Source: Escherichia virus ESCO5 | Lineage: Duplodnaviria; Heunggongvirae; Uroviricota; Caudoviricetes | Virus record (IMG/VR): IMGVR_UViG_2974610597_000001 | Direction: 5' to 3' (one strand) | DNA: 64,000 nt | Part shown: positions 1 to 8,863 of the stretch, in pieces | How the letters are laid out: the number at the start of each line of letters is the position of its first letter | Position numbering within the stretch: position 1 is the stretch's first letter | Notes under the pieces: model-generated | Databases searched by the model: none | What the model saw: the letters and a program-made list of their open reading frames with translations, nothing else | What the model was told of the DNA's origin: nothing | Program-made: the position numbers and the translations under genes

Positions 1-1
1 T

Positions 2-415
2 CATTTTATTGAGCGAGATGTAGATATTGTTGTAGAAGCTATAAACTCTCAACTAATCCCTCAAACACTACGACTAAACAATATCTTCCTTTCTGATGAA
101 GATATGCCTAAGTTTGTCAGTGGTGAAATGGGTGATCCTGATATTGAAGTAAATGCTAAAGCTATTCAACAGTTGGTAGCCTCTGGTGCAATACCTTTAA
201 CCCCAGAAGTTATTAACGAGTTCCTTGAAAAAATTGGTTTTGAATATCGCATCCCTGACGATATTGTTGCCAATAAAGAGAAATTCTTTGAATTCATGGA
301 TAACTATATGCCTGACAAAACTTCACGATCAGGAGATGGTTTAGCTACAGCAGGGACTGGAACATCTGATACTGTTTCTGCTTTAGATCCTTCAGCACAA
401 AACCTGTCGAATTAA
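2..415 (+). CDS. C-terminal part of a virion protein truncated by the window edge, probably portal protein
   Basis: Frame is open from position 2 to the stop at 413-415; the listed ORF 104..415 is only the part after an internal Met. Lies immediately upstream of scaffold, decoration and capsid genes. Confidence 0.4.
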   Translation, partial: HFIERDVDIVVEAINSQLIPQTLRLNNIFLSDEDMPKFVSGEMGDPDIEVNAKAIQQLVASGAIPLTPEVINEFLEKIGFEYRIPDDIVANKEKFFEFMDNYMPDKTSRSGDGLATAGTGTSDTVSALDPSAQNLSN

Positions 416-443
416 AAATATTTAATATTTTTTAATTTTTCTA

Positions 444-472
444 TTGACAAAACAACAAATATCCTGTAGACT
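444..472 (+). promoter_or_regulatory. sigma70-like promoter (TTGACA - 17 bp - TAGACT)
   Basis: Consensus -35 hexamer at 444-449 and -10-like hexamer at 467-472 in an AT-rich intergenic gap upstream of the 509 gene. Confidence 0.35.
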
Positions 473-508
473 AAGATTTATGGGATATCTGTTTTTAAGA
501 GGTTTCAA

Positions 509-988
509 ATGGAACTCAATAAAGATACACTGTGGGAACTCTTCAAAACCTTCGCTGGTTTTAAAGAGAATTCTGAATCCCAACAAGATTCTATACCATC
601 TCAAAAACCTGAAACTTTAGTCAAACAAAATAAATTTGATGAAGAAAAGATGCAGGTTATTGAGGTCTTGTATTGTCCACCTGAAGAAGACGATCTCCAC
701 GGAGAGCGCATGTCTGATTTGGAAATCAGGAAGATGGTTGACAACTTCAATGAGAATATTACCAACATTAGTGGTAATCTTGGTCACATGAAGAACACCG
801 ATAAGTTTTCTCCAATTAAAGCTTGGGTAAATGAAGTTGATTGTTACATTGGTGACGAACTCGTTGTGGAAGGAACTCCCCTCGTTAAAATCCAATTCAA
901 CGACCCTGAATTATATCAAGCTCGTAAAGACGGCGTTCTTAAAGGTTTGAGTATAGGCGCAATGGGCGTTAAAGTCAAGAAGGACTAA
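509..988 (+). CDS. hypothetical head-module protein (possible prohead protease or scaffold-associated)
   Basis: 159-aa ORF with RBS AAGAGG upstream, between probable portal and scaffold-like gene. Function assigned by position only. Confidence 0.5.
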   Translation: MELNKDTLWELFKTFAGFKENSESQQDSIPSQKPETLVKQNKFDEEKMQVIEVLYCPPEEDDLHGERMSDLEIRKMVDNFNENITNISGNLGHMKNTDKFSPIKAWVNEVDCYIGDELVVEGTPLVKIQFNDPELYQARKDGVLKGLSIGAMGVKVKKD

Positions 989-990
989 TC

Positions 991-2106
991 GTGGCAAATA
1001 CATATTTAACTAACGTAGACTTTTCAGGAAAAGCTACGGAAGAGTCACTAGGTGCTCATATTGCTTACACTTTTGATTTTCAAGGTGGAGCGGCATCTGG
1101 TTATAATACCCCCCTTTTATTTAAGTCAGACGGATCTCCAGACATAACTTTTGAAAAGTTAGAAGCTCTCACTAAAATGGGAGAAGATGTTACAGAGTTA
1201 CGTAAAAGCTATATTCAACAAGTGATGGATCGCATTTCTGAAAAAGTGCGTGAAAAATTTGAAGCTGGTTGGGATTGGGTTTACGTTATTGATGCTGACT
1301 TCGATGCGAACGTTGCAATTTTCTGTTCAGATAACGGTATGTTCTCTGTTGGCTTTAAAGTTGACGGACTGAATGTTGAAGTTGAAGAGGTTGCTAAACC
1401 TGTTGTTCGTGTTACTGATTATCAAGTTGTTGATGGTGATGTAATGATCTCCATTGATTTCTTTGAGGACGTTTTAGACGATGCTTTGAGTAATCTCGTT
1501 AAGAGTTCCTTGAAACAAAGTCAAGTTAAAGATTATTTAGTGAAAGCTCACGCTAAAGCTAATACAAACTCTGTGGATGCAGAGGCTAACCCCGCAGGTG
1601 ATAAATCTGCAAACACAACTGGAATCAATAAAGGAGAAACCCCTTTGGAAAATATCAACAAAGAAGAATTCCTGAAATCTGCTGAATTCCAAGAACTGAT
1701 GAAAGCACAGATCGCTGAAGCTGTAGAAAAAGCAGCCGCAGATGCACGTGCAGCCGCAGAACTTGAAGCACAGGAAAAAATCGCTAAGGCAGAACAGGAA
1801 GCAGAAGAACTTCGTAAAGCTGAACAAGCTCGTATCGAAGAAGAATATACAACTGTTGTTAAATCCTATTCTTTCGTAGAAGAAGACAAAGTTGAAGCTC
1901 TCGTTAAATATCTGGTAGATAATAAAGATATCGCTGAAACTATCGTCAAAGCATTCGAAAAAGCACGTGCAGAAGTGGACGCAGTTAAGAAAGAATTTGG
2001 AGCAGAACGTGGTGTTGATGTGATCAATACTCAACCTGTAGCTAAATCTTCTTCTGAACTGATTAGTCAGAAAGCTGCTGAACTTAAAAAAGCCCAGAAA
2101 CAATAA
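991..2106 (+). CDS. scaffold-like head assembly protein
   Basis: 371 aa with a long Ala/Glu/Lys-rich coiled-coil segment (AEAVEKAAADARAAAELEAQEKIAKAEQEAEELRKAEQAR); sits upstream of decoration and capsid genes. Confidence 0.5.
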   Translation: MANTYLTNVDFSGKATEESLGAHIAYTFDFQGGAASGYNTPLLFKSDGSPDITFEKLEALTKMGEDVTELRKSYIQQVMDRISEKVREKFEAGWDWVYVIDADFDANVAIFCSDNGMFSVGFKVDGLNVEVEEVAKPVVRVTDYQVVDGDVMISIDFFEDVLDDALSNLVKSSLKQSQVKDYLVKAHAKANTNSVDAEANPAGDKSANTTGINKGETPLENINKEEFLKSAEFQELMKAQIAEAVEKAAADARAAAELEAQEKIAKAEQEAEELRKAEQARIEEEYTTVVKSYSFVEEDKVEALVKYLVDNKDIAETIVKAFEKARAEVDAVKKEFGAERGVDVINTQPVAKSSSELISQKAAELKKAQKQ

Positions 2107-2125
2107 TCTTAGGAGATTAAATTAA

Positions 2126-2524
2126 ATGGCTAAAGGAATTACTTTATCTAACTCTCGCCAGGAATTCGGACACCTGGTTCTGGGTGGAGTGTTTAGCTCT
2201 GACCTTGGACACTGTGTACGTGAAGTTAACCTGGTTAAAACAGCAACCATGAAAATTGGTTCTATCCTGAAAGCTGACAACACTGAAGCTGCTAAAGCTG
2301 AAGCTGCCGATGCTGCTAAAGTTCTGATTTGGACTGATGCTCTGTTCGGTATTGATGATGTAGCAGTAGGTGACACTTTCACCGCAGTTGTTGGCGTACG
2401 TGATCTTACTCTGAACCGCTTTGCAGTATACTACAAAGATGGCTCCCTGGTAGATGACGCTGGCGTAGCAGCACTGGAAACACATGATCTGAAACTGACC
2501 GAAAAAGTCGTTTTCACTTCTTAA
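2126..2524 (+). CDS. head decoration protein (lambda gpD-like)
   Basis: 132 aa, Ala/Gly/Val-rich, directly precedes the capsid gene as D precedes E in lambda; RBS TAGGAGAT. Confidence 0.45.
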   Translation: MAKGITLSNSRQEFGHLVLGGVFSSDLGHCVREVNLVKTATMKIGSILKADNTEAAKAEAADAAKVLIWTDALFGIDDVAVGDTFTAVVGVRDLTLNRFAVYYKDGSLVDDAGVAALETHDLKLTEKVVFTS

Positions 2525-2545
2525 TTTTAATAGGAGATTAATATA

Positions 2546-3547
2546 ATGCCAGCAGTAATTTTAGATCAGGTTGTAGATTTCAGCCCTATGATCGAACTTC
2601 AGGATTCCCCTGATACACTGATTGCCAGCCTGAATCTGTTCAGCGTTGACTATCATTCAACTACCGCTATTGAAATCGGTAAAGAAAAAGCTGAAGATGC
2701 GCTGATCTCCGCTCGTGAGCGTGGTGGTGAGCGTAACTTCCTGACCATGAAAAATCCAGAACTGAAAGCGTTCCGTATTCCGTTCTTCCCTCTGGATAAA
2801 AACATCAAAGCTCAAGATATTCAATCTTTCCGTAGCTTTGCGATGGCAGGAATCAATGACTCTCTGCGCACAGACGCTGAAGTTGTTAACCGCTATATGT
2901 CCCAGATTCTGCGTGACGTAGCAAAAACCAAAGAGAAAATCTTTGCAGAAGCAGTTATGGGTCGTGCCTATAACGGCGTAGGTGGTGCAGCTAACTCTGC
3001 ATACAACTGGTATACCGAGTGGAATGCTACCCAGAAATCTGTTGCTGTAGACTTTGCTTCTACCACTGTTTCTCCAGCAGCCACTATCGAGCAAGAAGCT
3101 CGTGCTTACATCATCGATACTAAACAAGATGGCTCTACCGCTACTCGTATCGTAGCTCTGTGTTCTCGTGAATTTTTCGCATCTCTGGTTAACTCTCCAT
3201 TTGTTCGCCAGGCATATCAGTATTTCCAAGGAACTCCTAACCTTCTGCGTGACCGCCTTAGCGGTAACATGGATGTTCAGGTGTTCGAATGGAACGGTGT
3301 AACTTACATTGAAGATATCCACGGTAACATCCCTGCTGGTGAAGCATATGTTCTGCCTATGGGTATCGAAGGTATGTTCCAGGCGCACTACGCTCCTGCG
3401 GATACTCCAGAACTGGCTAACACCCAGGCTCGTGAACTGTATACCTTCATGATCAGCCAGCACCGCACCATTCAGCTTCAGTCTGAATTCTCGCTGCTCG
3501 CAGTTAACACCCGTCCAGAACTGGTAGTTAAACTGACTACGGCTTAA
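2546..3547 (+). CDS. major capsid protein (lambda gpE-like)
   Basis: 333 aa; size, position and C-terminal region (LANTQARELYTF) recall the lambda E family; followed by a strong hairpin. Confidence 0.65.
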   Translation: MPAVILDQVVDFSPMIELQDSPDTLIASLNLFSVDYHSTTAIEIGKEKAEDALISARERGGERNFLTMKNPELKAFRIPFFPLDKNIKAQDIQSFRSFAMAGINDSLRTDAEVVNRYMSQILRDVAKTKEKIFAEAVMGRAYNGVGGAANSAYNWYTEWNATQKSVAVDFASTTVSPAATIEQEARAYIIDTKQDGSTATRIVALCSREFFASLVNSPFVRQAYQYFQGTPNLLRDRLSGNMDVQVFEWNGVTYIEDIHGNIPAGEAYVLPMGIEGMFQAHYAPADTPELANTQARELYTFMISQHRTIQLQSEFSLLAVNTRPELVVKLTTA

Positions 3548-3567
3548 CAGAACTCTGTTAATATTAG

Positions 3568-3597
3568 AGGCTCGTCCGTGATGGGCGAGCCTTTTCT
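3568..3597 (+). terminator. hairpin terminator after the capsid gene
   Basis: AGGCTCG (3568-3574) pairs with CGAGCCT (3586-3592) across an 11-nt loop, followed by TTTTCTGTTT. Confidence 0.5.
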
Positions 3598-3631
3598 GTT
3601 TACAACAAGAGTTTACAATGAGGAGATTGAT

Positions 3632-3976
3632 ATGTCAAACCCAGAATTGAAACGTTACTTTAGTTATCACGAAATGATTCGTGATTTCGAATCGCTTTCA
3701 CCACTGATTGATGCTGATAAAACATTAGTATCTGCGCCACCAATGTCTTTCTATCTGAAAGATGGTCGTATTGCATTAGGTGGAAACTTCATTCACTTCC
3801 TCACACGTTTGAGAGAAGAAACAGGTATTCTTGTGCATCCTTTTGCAAGTGAAGAACACATGGGTTACTATCTTGTAAGTTACGAAGATTATGCACCTGT
3901 AAAAATCAAAGAAGAAGTTTTAAAAGTAGAAGCGGTAGACACTCCAGCTAAAAAACGTTCCCTTCGTAAAAAATAA
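3632..3976 (+). CDS. hypothetical protein (head completion or neck region)
   Basis: Start moved to the ATG at 3632, preceded by GAGGAG; the listed ATG at 3578 lies inside the terminator hairpin loop. Confidence 0.5.
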   Translation: MSNPELKRYFSYHEMIRDFESLSPLIDADKTLVSAPPMSFYLKDGRIALGGNFIHFLTRLREETGILVHPFASEEHMGYYLVSYEDYAPVKIKEEVLKVEAVDTPAKKRSLRKK

Positions 3977-3985
3977 GGTGGGCTT

Positions 3986-4534
3986 ATGCTGAATGCGGTA
4001 GAGTTGGCACCACTGATCCGAATTCTTGTTTATAACCCTTCTCAAGAAGTATTGCCAGATGCAATGCTGATTCAGATCATCCAGACTTGGATTGATATTA
4101 TAGGGAATGAAGATAAGGATAAGTGTGCAGTATTGTGGAACAGCTTGATTTCTGTTTTAGAGTATTTATGGAACAACGATGTTCTTAATAACAATACTCA
4201 AACAGGAGGGGCTATGTCTCGCAGAGAAAAGATGGGTGAAGTCGAAGTTGAAGTTAAATTTAACAACGGTCAAGTAACTTATAAGTCTCCGTGGGAAGAT
4301 ATTTATCATAACTATTTAAATGGTCTTATGGTTATTCCTGGGTGCACGGCAGGACGAGGAGCAACCAGTAAAGTTCTTATTGGTGGTGTTGATGCTCGTG
4401 AGATTGATCGAGTAAACAGCGATCCTAACTCTGTAAATGGTCTTGGTAATGTTGCAAGTGTTGATCGTAATACACGCAACGTTAATTATTTGCGAAATTA
4501 TGGACCTGTTTCTTTTTATCGTAGGGACAAATAA
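3986..4534 (+). CDS. putative head-tail connector protein
   Basis: 182-aa ORF in the neck region between capsid and sheath genes; by position only. Confidence 0.4.
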   Translation: MLNAVELAPLIRILVYNPSQEVLPDAMLIQIIQTWIDIIGNEDKDKCAVLWNSLISVLEYLWNNDVLNNNTQTGGAMSRREKMGEVEVEVKFNNGQVTYKSPWEDIYHNYLNGLMVIPGCTAGRGATSKVLIGGVDAREIDRVNSDPNSVNGLGNVASVDRNTRNVNYLRNYGPVSFYRRDK

Positions 4535-5022
4535 TGGAAAGTGAGATCTTACCAGGTGATGATACGGATTGGGAAACCATTATCAAAAAGATGATGGACC
4601 TTGAACAAGTTCAAATCGAAGCTGGTTTTTTAACAAACAAAAGGCATCCTGAATCAGATCTCACTATTCCTGCAATAGCAGCTATTCAACAATATGGTAA
4701 TGAAACAAATAACATACCTGCTCGCCCTTTTATAACAGATGGCGCTGTTATCTCACAGAACAATATCGCTAAAAAGATGAAGCAGGTGTTTGCAAATTAC
4801 TTAATGAATAATGTCGGGTTAGCTGTTTTTGAGCCTATAGCGAGAGCCTCTAGAGAAGGAATAGCTCAAGCGATTGCAATGCAACGTTATCGTCCTTTAT
4901 CTCCTGTGACAATTAAGATACGACAAGATAAAGGCAACTATTCTAATCATATCTTAATAGATACGGCACACATGATAAATGCAATCGAAACAAAAATCAC
5001 AAAAAGCAAGTCTAAAAAATAA
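4534..5022 (+). CDS. putative neck or tail-completion protein
   Basis: 162 aa; start overlaps the upstream stop (ATGA); position between head and tail genes. Confidence 0.4.
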   Translation: MESEILPGDDTDWETIIKKMMDLEQVQIEAGFLTNKRHPESDLTIPAIAAIQQYGNETNNIPARPFITDGAVISQNNIAKKMKQVFANYLMNNVGLAVFEPIARASREGIAQAIAMQRYRPLSPVTIKIRQDKGNYSNHILIDTAHMINAIETKITKSKSKK

Positions 5023-5067
5023 CTTGCATAAACTTTGTTTTTGATGTATACTAAAAAGGAGATACAA

Positions 5068-5484
5068 GTGTTACTAGATCAATTTACTCTCCTTGATCTA
5101 ACTGAATACCAAGGTCGTAGACGAGTCTACAAAGAGGCGGTTGGTTCAGTTATTGCTAACTTAGAAAGTAGTGTAGAATATGAACCATTTACTATTGAAG
5201 CGGCAAGCTTACAACCGATATCTGGTAAAACACTGAATGCACTACCTGAAGGTTACAGATCTAAGGCTCAATATAGTTTCTGGACTAAAACAGAAATGAA
5301 GGGGTTACAACAAGGAACAGAACAGTTATCAGATCAGATATTGATAGATGGTAAATGGTATTCTGTTTATTCCCTTAAAAATTGGACCAGAACATCTTTC
5401 TTAGTCCATCATCACTGTGTTGCAATATTAGACGATCAAAACAACTCCTGGTCTTATGGAACAGAAGGAGGAAACTTTGGCTAA
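5068..5484 (+). CDS. hypothetical neck or tail protein
   Basis: Probable GTG start at 5068 preceded by AAGGAG; the listed ORF begins at 5035. Confidence 0.4.
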   Translation: MLLDQFTLLDLTEYQGRRRVYKEAVGSVIANLESSVEYEPFTIEAASLQPISGKTLNALPEGYRSKAQYSFWTKTEMKGLQQGTEQLSDQILIDGKWYSVYSLKNWTRTSFLVHHHCVAILDDQNNSWSYGTEGGNFG

Positions 5485-6115
5485 TATTTACCAACAAATA
5501 GAAGCATACGAAAATGCCATCTACTTAAATATAGGTGGCTTCCTTCAAGAATTAGTGGGGTTGCCAGTCTATGTTATGGATAAGCCATTCATTAAACCGG
5601 ATACTCCTTACCTAGCACTACGTATTATCACTTCCAGCGATTCTGGAGGTTGGTCTTACCGAAGCTCTATTCAAAATGATATGTATTCCTACGAGATGGA
5701 TAATACCTACGAGATTGAACTTGTAGCCTATCGTGGAAGACCTACCACTTTGATGAGCTATGTTCTGGCTGCTCTCCGTGGTGCAGAGGAATTAAAATAC
5801 AAACATCTCTATTCTAAAGGTCTTGGTTTTTTAGGAGCCTCTAATATAGCTCAAGCCAATACGATTGTAGACGGAGATAAGACTGAATTAAGAGCGCGTA
5901 TGGTTATGACGTTCAACACTCGTATGAGTATTGAAGATATTGCTACTACACCAATAGAAGCAATCAACATGCACATCCGTTCATTCAGAGATAGTTACAA
6001 TGATCCTATCCCTTTAGATTTAATTCTAAACAGGGTTTATGCAATTACTTTGGTTCCAGGCGAATACTCGTCAGTTAATCAAAATGGATCATTATTTAAC
6101 AACCCTACCGAATAA
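5456..6115 (+). CDS. hypothetical tail protein (possible tail terminator or sheath-associated)
   Basis: 219-aa ORF directly upstream of the sheath gene; an alternative TTG start at 5477 follows AAGGAGG. Confidence 0.35.
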   Translation: MEQKEETLANIYQQIEAYENAIYLNIGGFLQELVGLPVYVMDKPFIKPDTPYLALRIITSSDSGGWSYRSSIQNDMYSYEMDNTYEIELVAYRGRPTTLMSYVLAALRGAEELKYKHLYSKGLGFLGASNIAQANTIVDGDKTELRARMVMTFNTRMSIEDIATTPIEAINMHIRSFRDSYNDPIPLDLILNRVYAITLVPGEYSSVNQNGSLFNNPTE

Positions 6116-6149
6116 ACTCATTGGAATTAAGTTTCTAACAGGAGCATAA

Positions 6150-7523
6150 ATGGCAACTTTTCGTGAAAAGGTAGCAACCGTAACTTTACTGTATGGTGCT
6201 ACATCAATTCGTGAAACCCAGTTCGATATTCCTCTGATCCTTACAGGTCAGAACGTAACTGGCGAAGCGATTCAATATTACTCTTCTTCCGATGCACTTT
6301 TGGAAGCAGGTTATGGATTAAATGATCCAGCGTATATTATGGCAGTCAAACTGTTTAACGGTTTGTTCCCACCAGATCAAGTCATGGTTGGTAAGCGTGA
6401 AGTTACAAACTTTACTCTAACTCCAATCGTAGAAGATAGTGCAACTTACACAATTACCATCAAAAATGGTACCAAGAAAAAAGAATTTAAATTCATTGCT
6501 GATGACACTGCAACTGCACAAGAGATTGTAGTTGGTCTGACTGAAATGATCAATGCAGATCTTGTTTATGGCCCACTGTTTACAGTAGCTAACAACGGCG
6601 CTGCAATGACTTTCACTCCAGTAGAAGGTAAGTTTGGTTCTATTGACAGCACAGGTTTCACTCAAGAAACTGTCTATGCTAATGCTATTACGGAAGATAT
6701 TGCTGCTCTGCATGATATTGATAGTAGCTGGTTCTGGACCCTTTCAGATTCCCATGAAACAGAAGATATTCTAGCTTTGGCTGCATGGGTAGAAGAGAAT
6801 GATAAAGTTTACTTCTTCTCTAGTTCTGAACCTGGAATTAAAACGAAAGCAGAAGATAACGTTCTGGAACGACTGAATGACCTCGGTTATAATAACACTT
6901 GCTTTGCATTGTGGATGACCGATGCAGATTCTGTATTCCCAGAAGCAGCAGTTGTTGGTGCTATCTGTTCTCGTCAACCTGGTTTAACTACCCTTCACGG
7001 TAAAACACTGGTAGGCGTAGAGATCGAGAAACTGGATCAGACTTCGGAAAACAATATTGTTCAACAGAACGGTAACATCTATCGTAAAGAGCATGGAACT
7101 CTGTTCTATCGTGATGGATTGATGGTTAGCGGTTTCTTTGTTGACTATGTTGTTCATGCTTTGTGGTTTAAAGCTCGCACAGAAGAATCACTGTTTACAC
7201 TGTTTAAACAACAGTCTATGCTGGGTGGTGGTGTTCGTGCTACTTCAAACGGTCTGGCTTTGATTCGACAAGCTGTTCTGGCTAACCCGATCCAAGTAGG
7301 TATCCTCAACGGTTCCATCGCTAATGAAGTTGTTACTTCTGAAGAGACTGGTTTGCGTGTCGATCTGAAACCTATTGTTTATATTCCTTCTCGTGCCGAT
7401 ATGACCGATGCGCAAATCAATGCTCGTCTGGTTGATGGGATGAAGATTGAATATGTTTACGCTGGCTTCTTCCATTACGTTAAAGTTCAGGTCAACGTCC
7501 TGACTAACCGTACTGCAAACTAA
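6150..7523 (+). CDS. tail sheath protein
   Basis: 457 aa, followed in order by tube, frameshifted chaperone pair and tape measure, the canonical contractile-tail arrangement. Confidence 0.7.
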   Translation: MATFREKVATVTLLYGATSIRETQFDIPLILTGQNVTGEAIQYYSSSDALLEAGYGLNDPAYIMAVKLFNGLFPPDQVMVGKREVTNFTLTPIVEDSATYTITIKNGTKKKEFKFIADDTATAQEIVVGLTEMINADLVYGPLFTVANNGAAMTFTPVEGKFGSIDSTGFTQETVYANAITEDIAALHDIDSSWFWTLSDSHETEDILALAAWVEENDKVYFFSSSEPGIKTKAEDNVLERLNDLGYNNTCFALWMTDADSVFPEAAVVGAICSRQPGLTTLHGKTLVGVEIEKLDQTSENNIVQQNGNIYRKEHGTLFYRDGLMVSGFFVDYVVHALWFKARTEESLFTLFKQQSMLGGGVRATSNGLALIRQAVLANPIQVGILNGSIANEVVTSEETGLRVDLKPIVYIPSRADMTDAQINARLVDGMKIEYVYAGFFHYVKVQVNVLTNRTAN

Positions 7524-7525
7524 TA

Positions 7526-7548
7526 CGGCGGGGGTTAAGCCCCCGTTA
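7526..7548 (+). other. GC-rich hairpin after the sheath gene (possible RNA stabiliser or weak terminator)
   Basis: CGGGGG (7529-7534), loop TTAAG, CCCCCG (7540-7545); no clear U-tract follows. Confidence 0.35.
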
Positions 7549-7569
7549 TCAAAATAAAGAGGATCTATA

Positions 7570-8049
7570 ATGGATAAAATGCTTACTGGCGTAATGGCCT
7601 ACGACCCATCTCAAGTTATCCTTTCATTAGGTGGTTGGGAACCGTGGGGTTTTGCGGCTGATACTAAAATCGTTATTGCTAAATCTAACGATATTATCAA
7701 CCCTTATTCAGGGACTGATGGGGACGTTTCATTAGCTTTGAGTCGTAACCGTTTGGGAACACTCACAATGTCTTTGCAACGCACATCTCCAGCTAACGAA
7801 GTACTTGCAACATATGCACAAACAATGTATTCTACTCGTCAAGTAGCATTCAGTGTTTACTTGGAAGACCCACGTGGCTATTACATTAGCACGATTGGAT
7901 GGATTCAAAGTCAGCCTGAAGATACTATTGGCGAAATGATTACAGAGAACCAATGGGTTATTGGTCTTAAAGATGCAAGCCTTCTGCGTAATGAAGTTGG
8001 TGTAGGTTTGAGCACCCTTAACTCAATCTCTGCTCTGACAATTCAATAA
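7570..8049 (+). CDS. tail tube protein
   Basis: 159 aa immediately downstream of the sheath gene and upstream of the chaperone genes. Confidence 0.65.
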   Translation: MDKMLTGVMAYDPSQVILSLGGWEPWGFAADTKIVIAKSNDIINPYSGTDGDVSLALSRNRLGTLTMSLQRTSPANEVLATYAQTMYSTRQVAFSVYLEDPRGYYISTIGWIQSQPEDTIGEMITENQWVIGLKDASLLRNEVGVGLSTLNSISALTIQ

Positions 8050-8055
8050 TAAATA

Positions 8056-8077
8056 AAGGGCAGAAATGCCCTTTTTA
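8056..8077 (+). terminator. rho-independent terminator
   Basis: AAGGGCA (8056-8062), GAAA loop, TGCCCTT (8067-8073), then TTTTT. Confidence 0.65.
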
Positions 8078-8094
8078 TCATTAGAGAGGAAAAT

Positions 8095-8577
8095 ATGTCA
8101 CAAGAACAAGATAACACAATTCAAAAATATGCTCGACCAGAAGAAGTAGTTGAGATTCCGTTAGATGGAAACAGATCTGTTACTTTCCGTATTATGAAGT
8201 GGAGTCCATCTAAAGTGTTTGACAGGATTCCAGAATTGGGTAGTGTTCTGGTTGTTCCTATGACTATGTATAGCACAGCAACAATGTCCGCAGACGAAGA
8301 CCTTGAGTCACGTATTGCTATGGCACTGATCCAACTTTTTGCAGGTTTGGAAGAAAAGAATTTAACTGTCTTTTTGCGTAAAATTTTAGATGAGGTTTAT
8401 ACTCAAGACGGTTATAACGTTGCAGAAAATTTTGATGAATTATTTATGGCTCACCCAGAACTAGTGTTAGATCTTACTGCTAAAGTTCTGGAGGTAAACT
8501 ACGGCCCTTTTTTCAAACGAGGTTTCGGAAAACTGTTCACACAGCTTCAGGCGATGACGAGTTTAGCAGCAAATTAA
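8095..8577 (+). CDS. tail assembly chaperone (gpG-like)
   Basis: 160 aa between tube and tape measure; overlapped at its 3' end by an open -1 frame. Confidence 0.6.
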   Translation: MSQEQDNTIQKYARPEEVVEIPLDGNRSVTFRIMKWSPSKVFDRIPELGSVLVVPMTMYSTATMSADEDLESRIAMALIQLFAGLEEKNLTVFLRKILDEVYTQDGYNVAENFDELFMAHPELVLDLTAKVLEVNYGPFFKRGFGKLFTQLQAMTSLAAN

Positions 8578-8843
8578 CACCTGCGATTGAACATGCTATC
8601 GACACAGCAACGAAAACCCTTACTTTGAAGTGGTATGAGGTTATTCTTTGCAAAGTCGTTAAAGATACCTCGGAAACACTGAAAACATTGGATAACTACG
8701 GTGTAGATTATCTTTTAAAACTATATGAGTATTTAACATACGAAGAGTATGTTGAAGCCATGTATGTTAAAGACACTTCAATAAAGAGAAAACATCAAAA
8801 CCAGACAAATAAAATGTCAGATTTGTTTAAGAAACTTGTTTAA
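8484..8843 (+). CDS. tail assembly chaperone C-terminal extension (gpGT-like, reached by -1 frameshift)
   Basis: The -1 frame is open from 8484 to the stop at 8841-8843; the listed ORF 8625..8843 is its tail end and starts at TTG with no good RBS. Confidence 0.5.
   Translation, partial: SSGGKLRPFFQTRFRKTVHTASGDDEFSSKLTPAIEHAIDTATKTLTLKWYEVILCKVVKDTSETLKTLDNYGVDYLLKLYEYLTYEEYVEAMYVKDTSIKRKHQNQTNKMSDLFKKLV
8508..8514 (+). promoter_or_regulatory. candidate -1 ribosomal frameshift slippery heptamer T_TTT_TTC
   Basis: X_XXY_YYZ heptamer in the zero frame of the chaperone ORF, inside the 94-nt overlap with the -1 frame. Confidence 0.5.
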
Positions 8844-8863
8844 TCCAACACGAGGAACATACT

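Noticed and set aside
1537-2103. Antisense ORFs nested in well-supported genes (e.g. 1537..2103 -, 2144..2485 -, 2657..3463 -, 35115..35828 +, 36454..36786 +, 62042..62878 +)
   Set aside because: They lie opposite long genes with coherent function and gene order, lack RBS signals, and have Cys/Phe-rich low-complexity translations typical of shadow frames.
3578-3631. ATG at 3578 as start of the post-capsid gene
   Set aside because: It sits in the loop of the terminator hairpin with no RBS; the ATG at 3632 has a GAGGAG RBS.
7526-7548. Rho-independent terminator after the sheath gene
   Set aside because: A stable GC hairpin is present but not followed by a U-tract; listed only as a hairpin of uncertain function.
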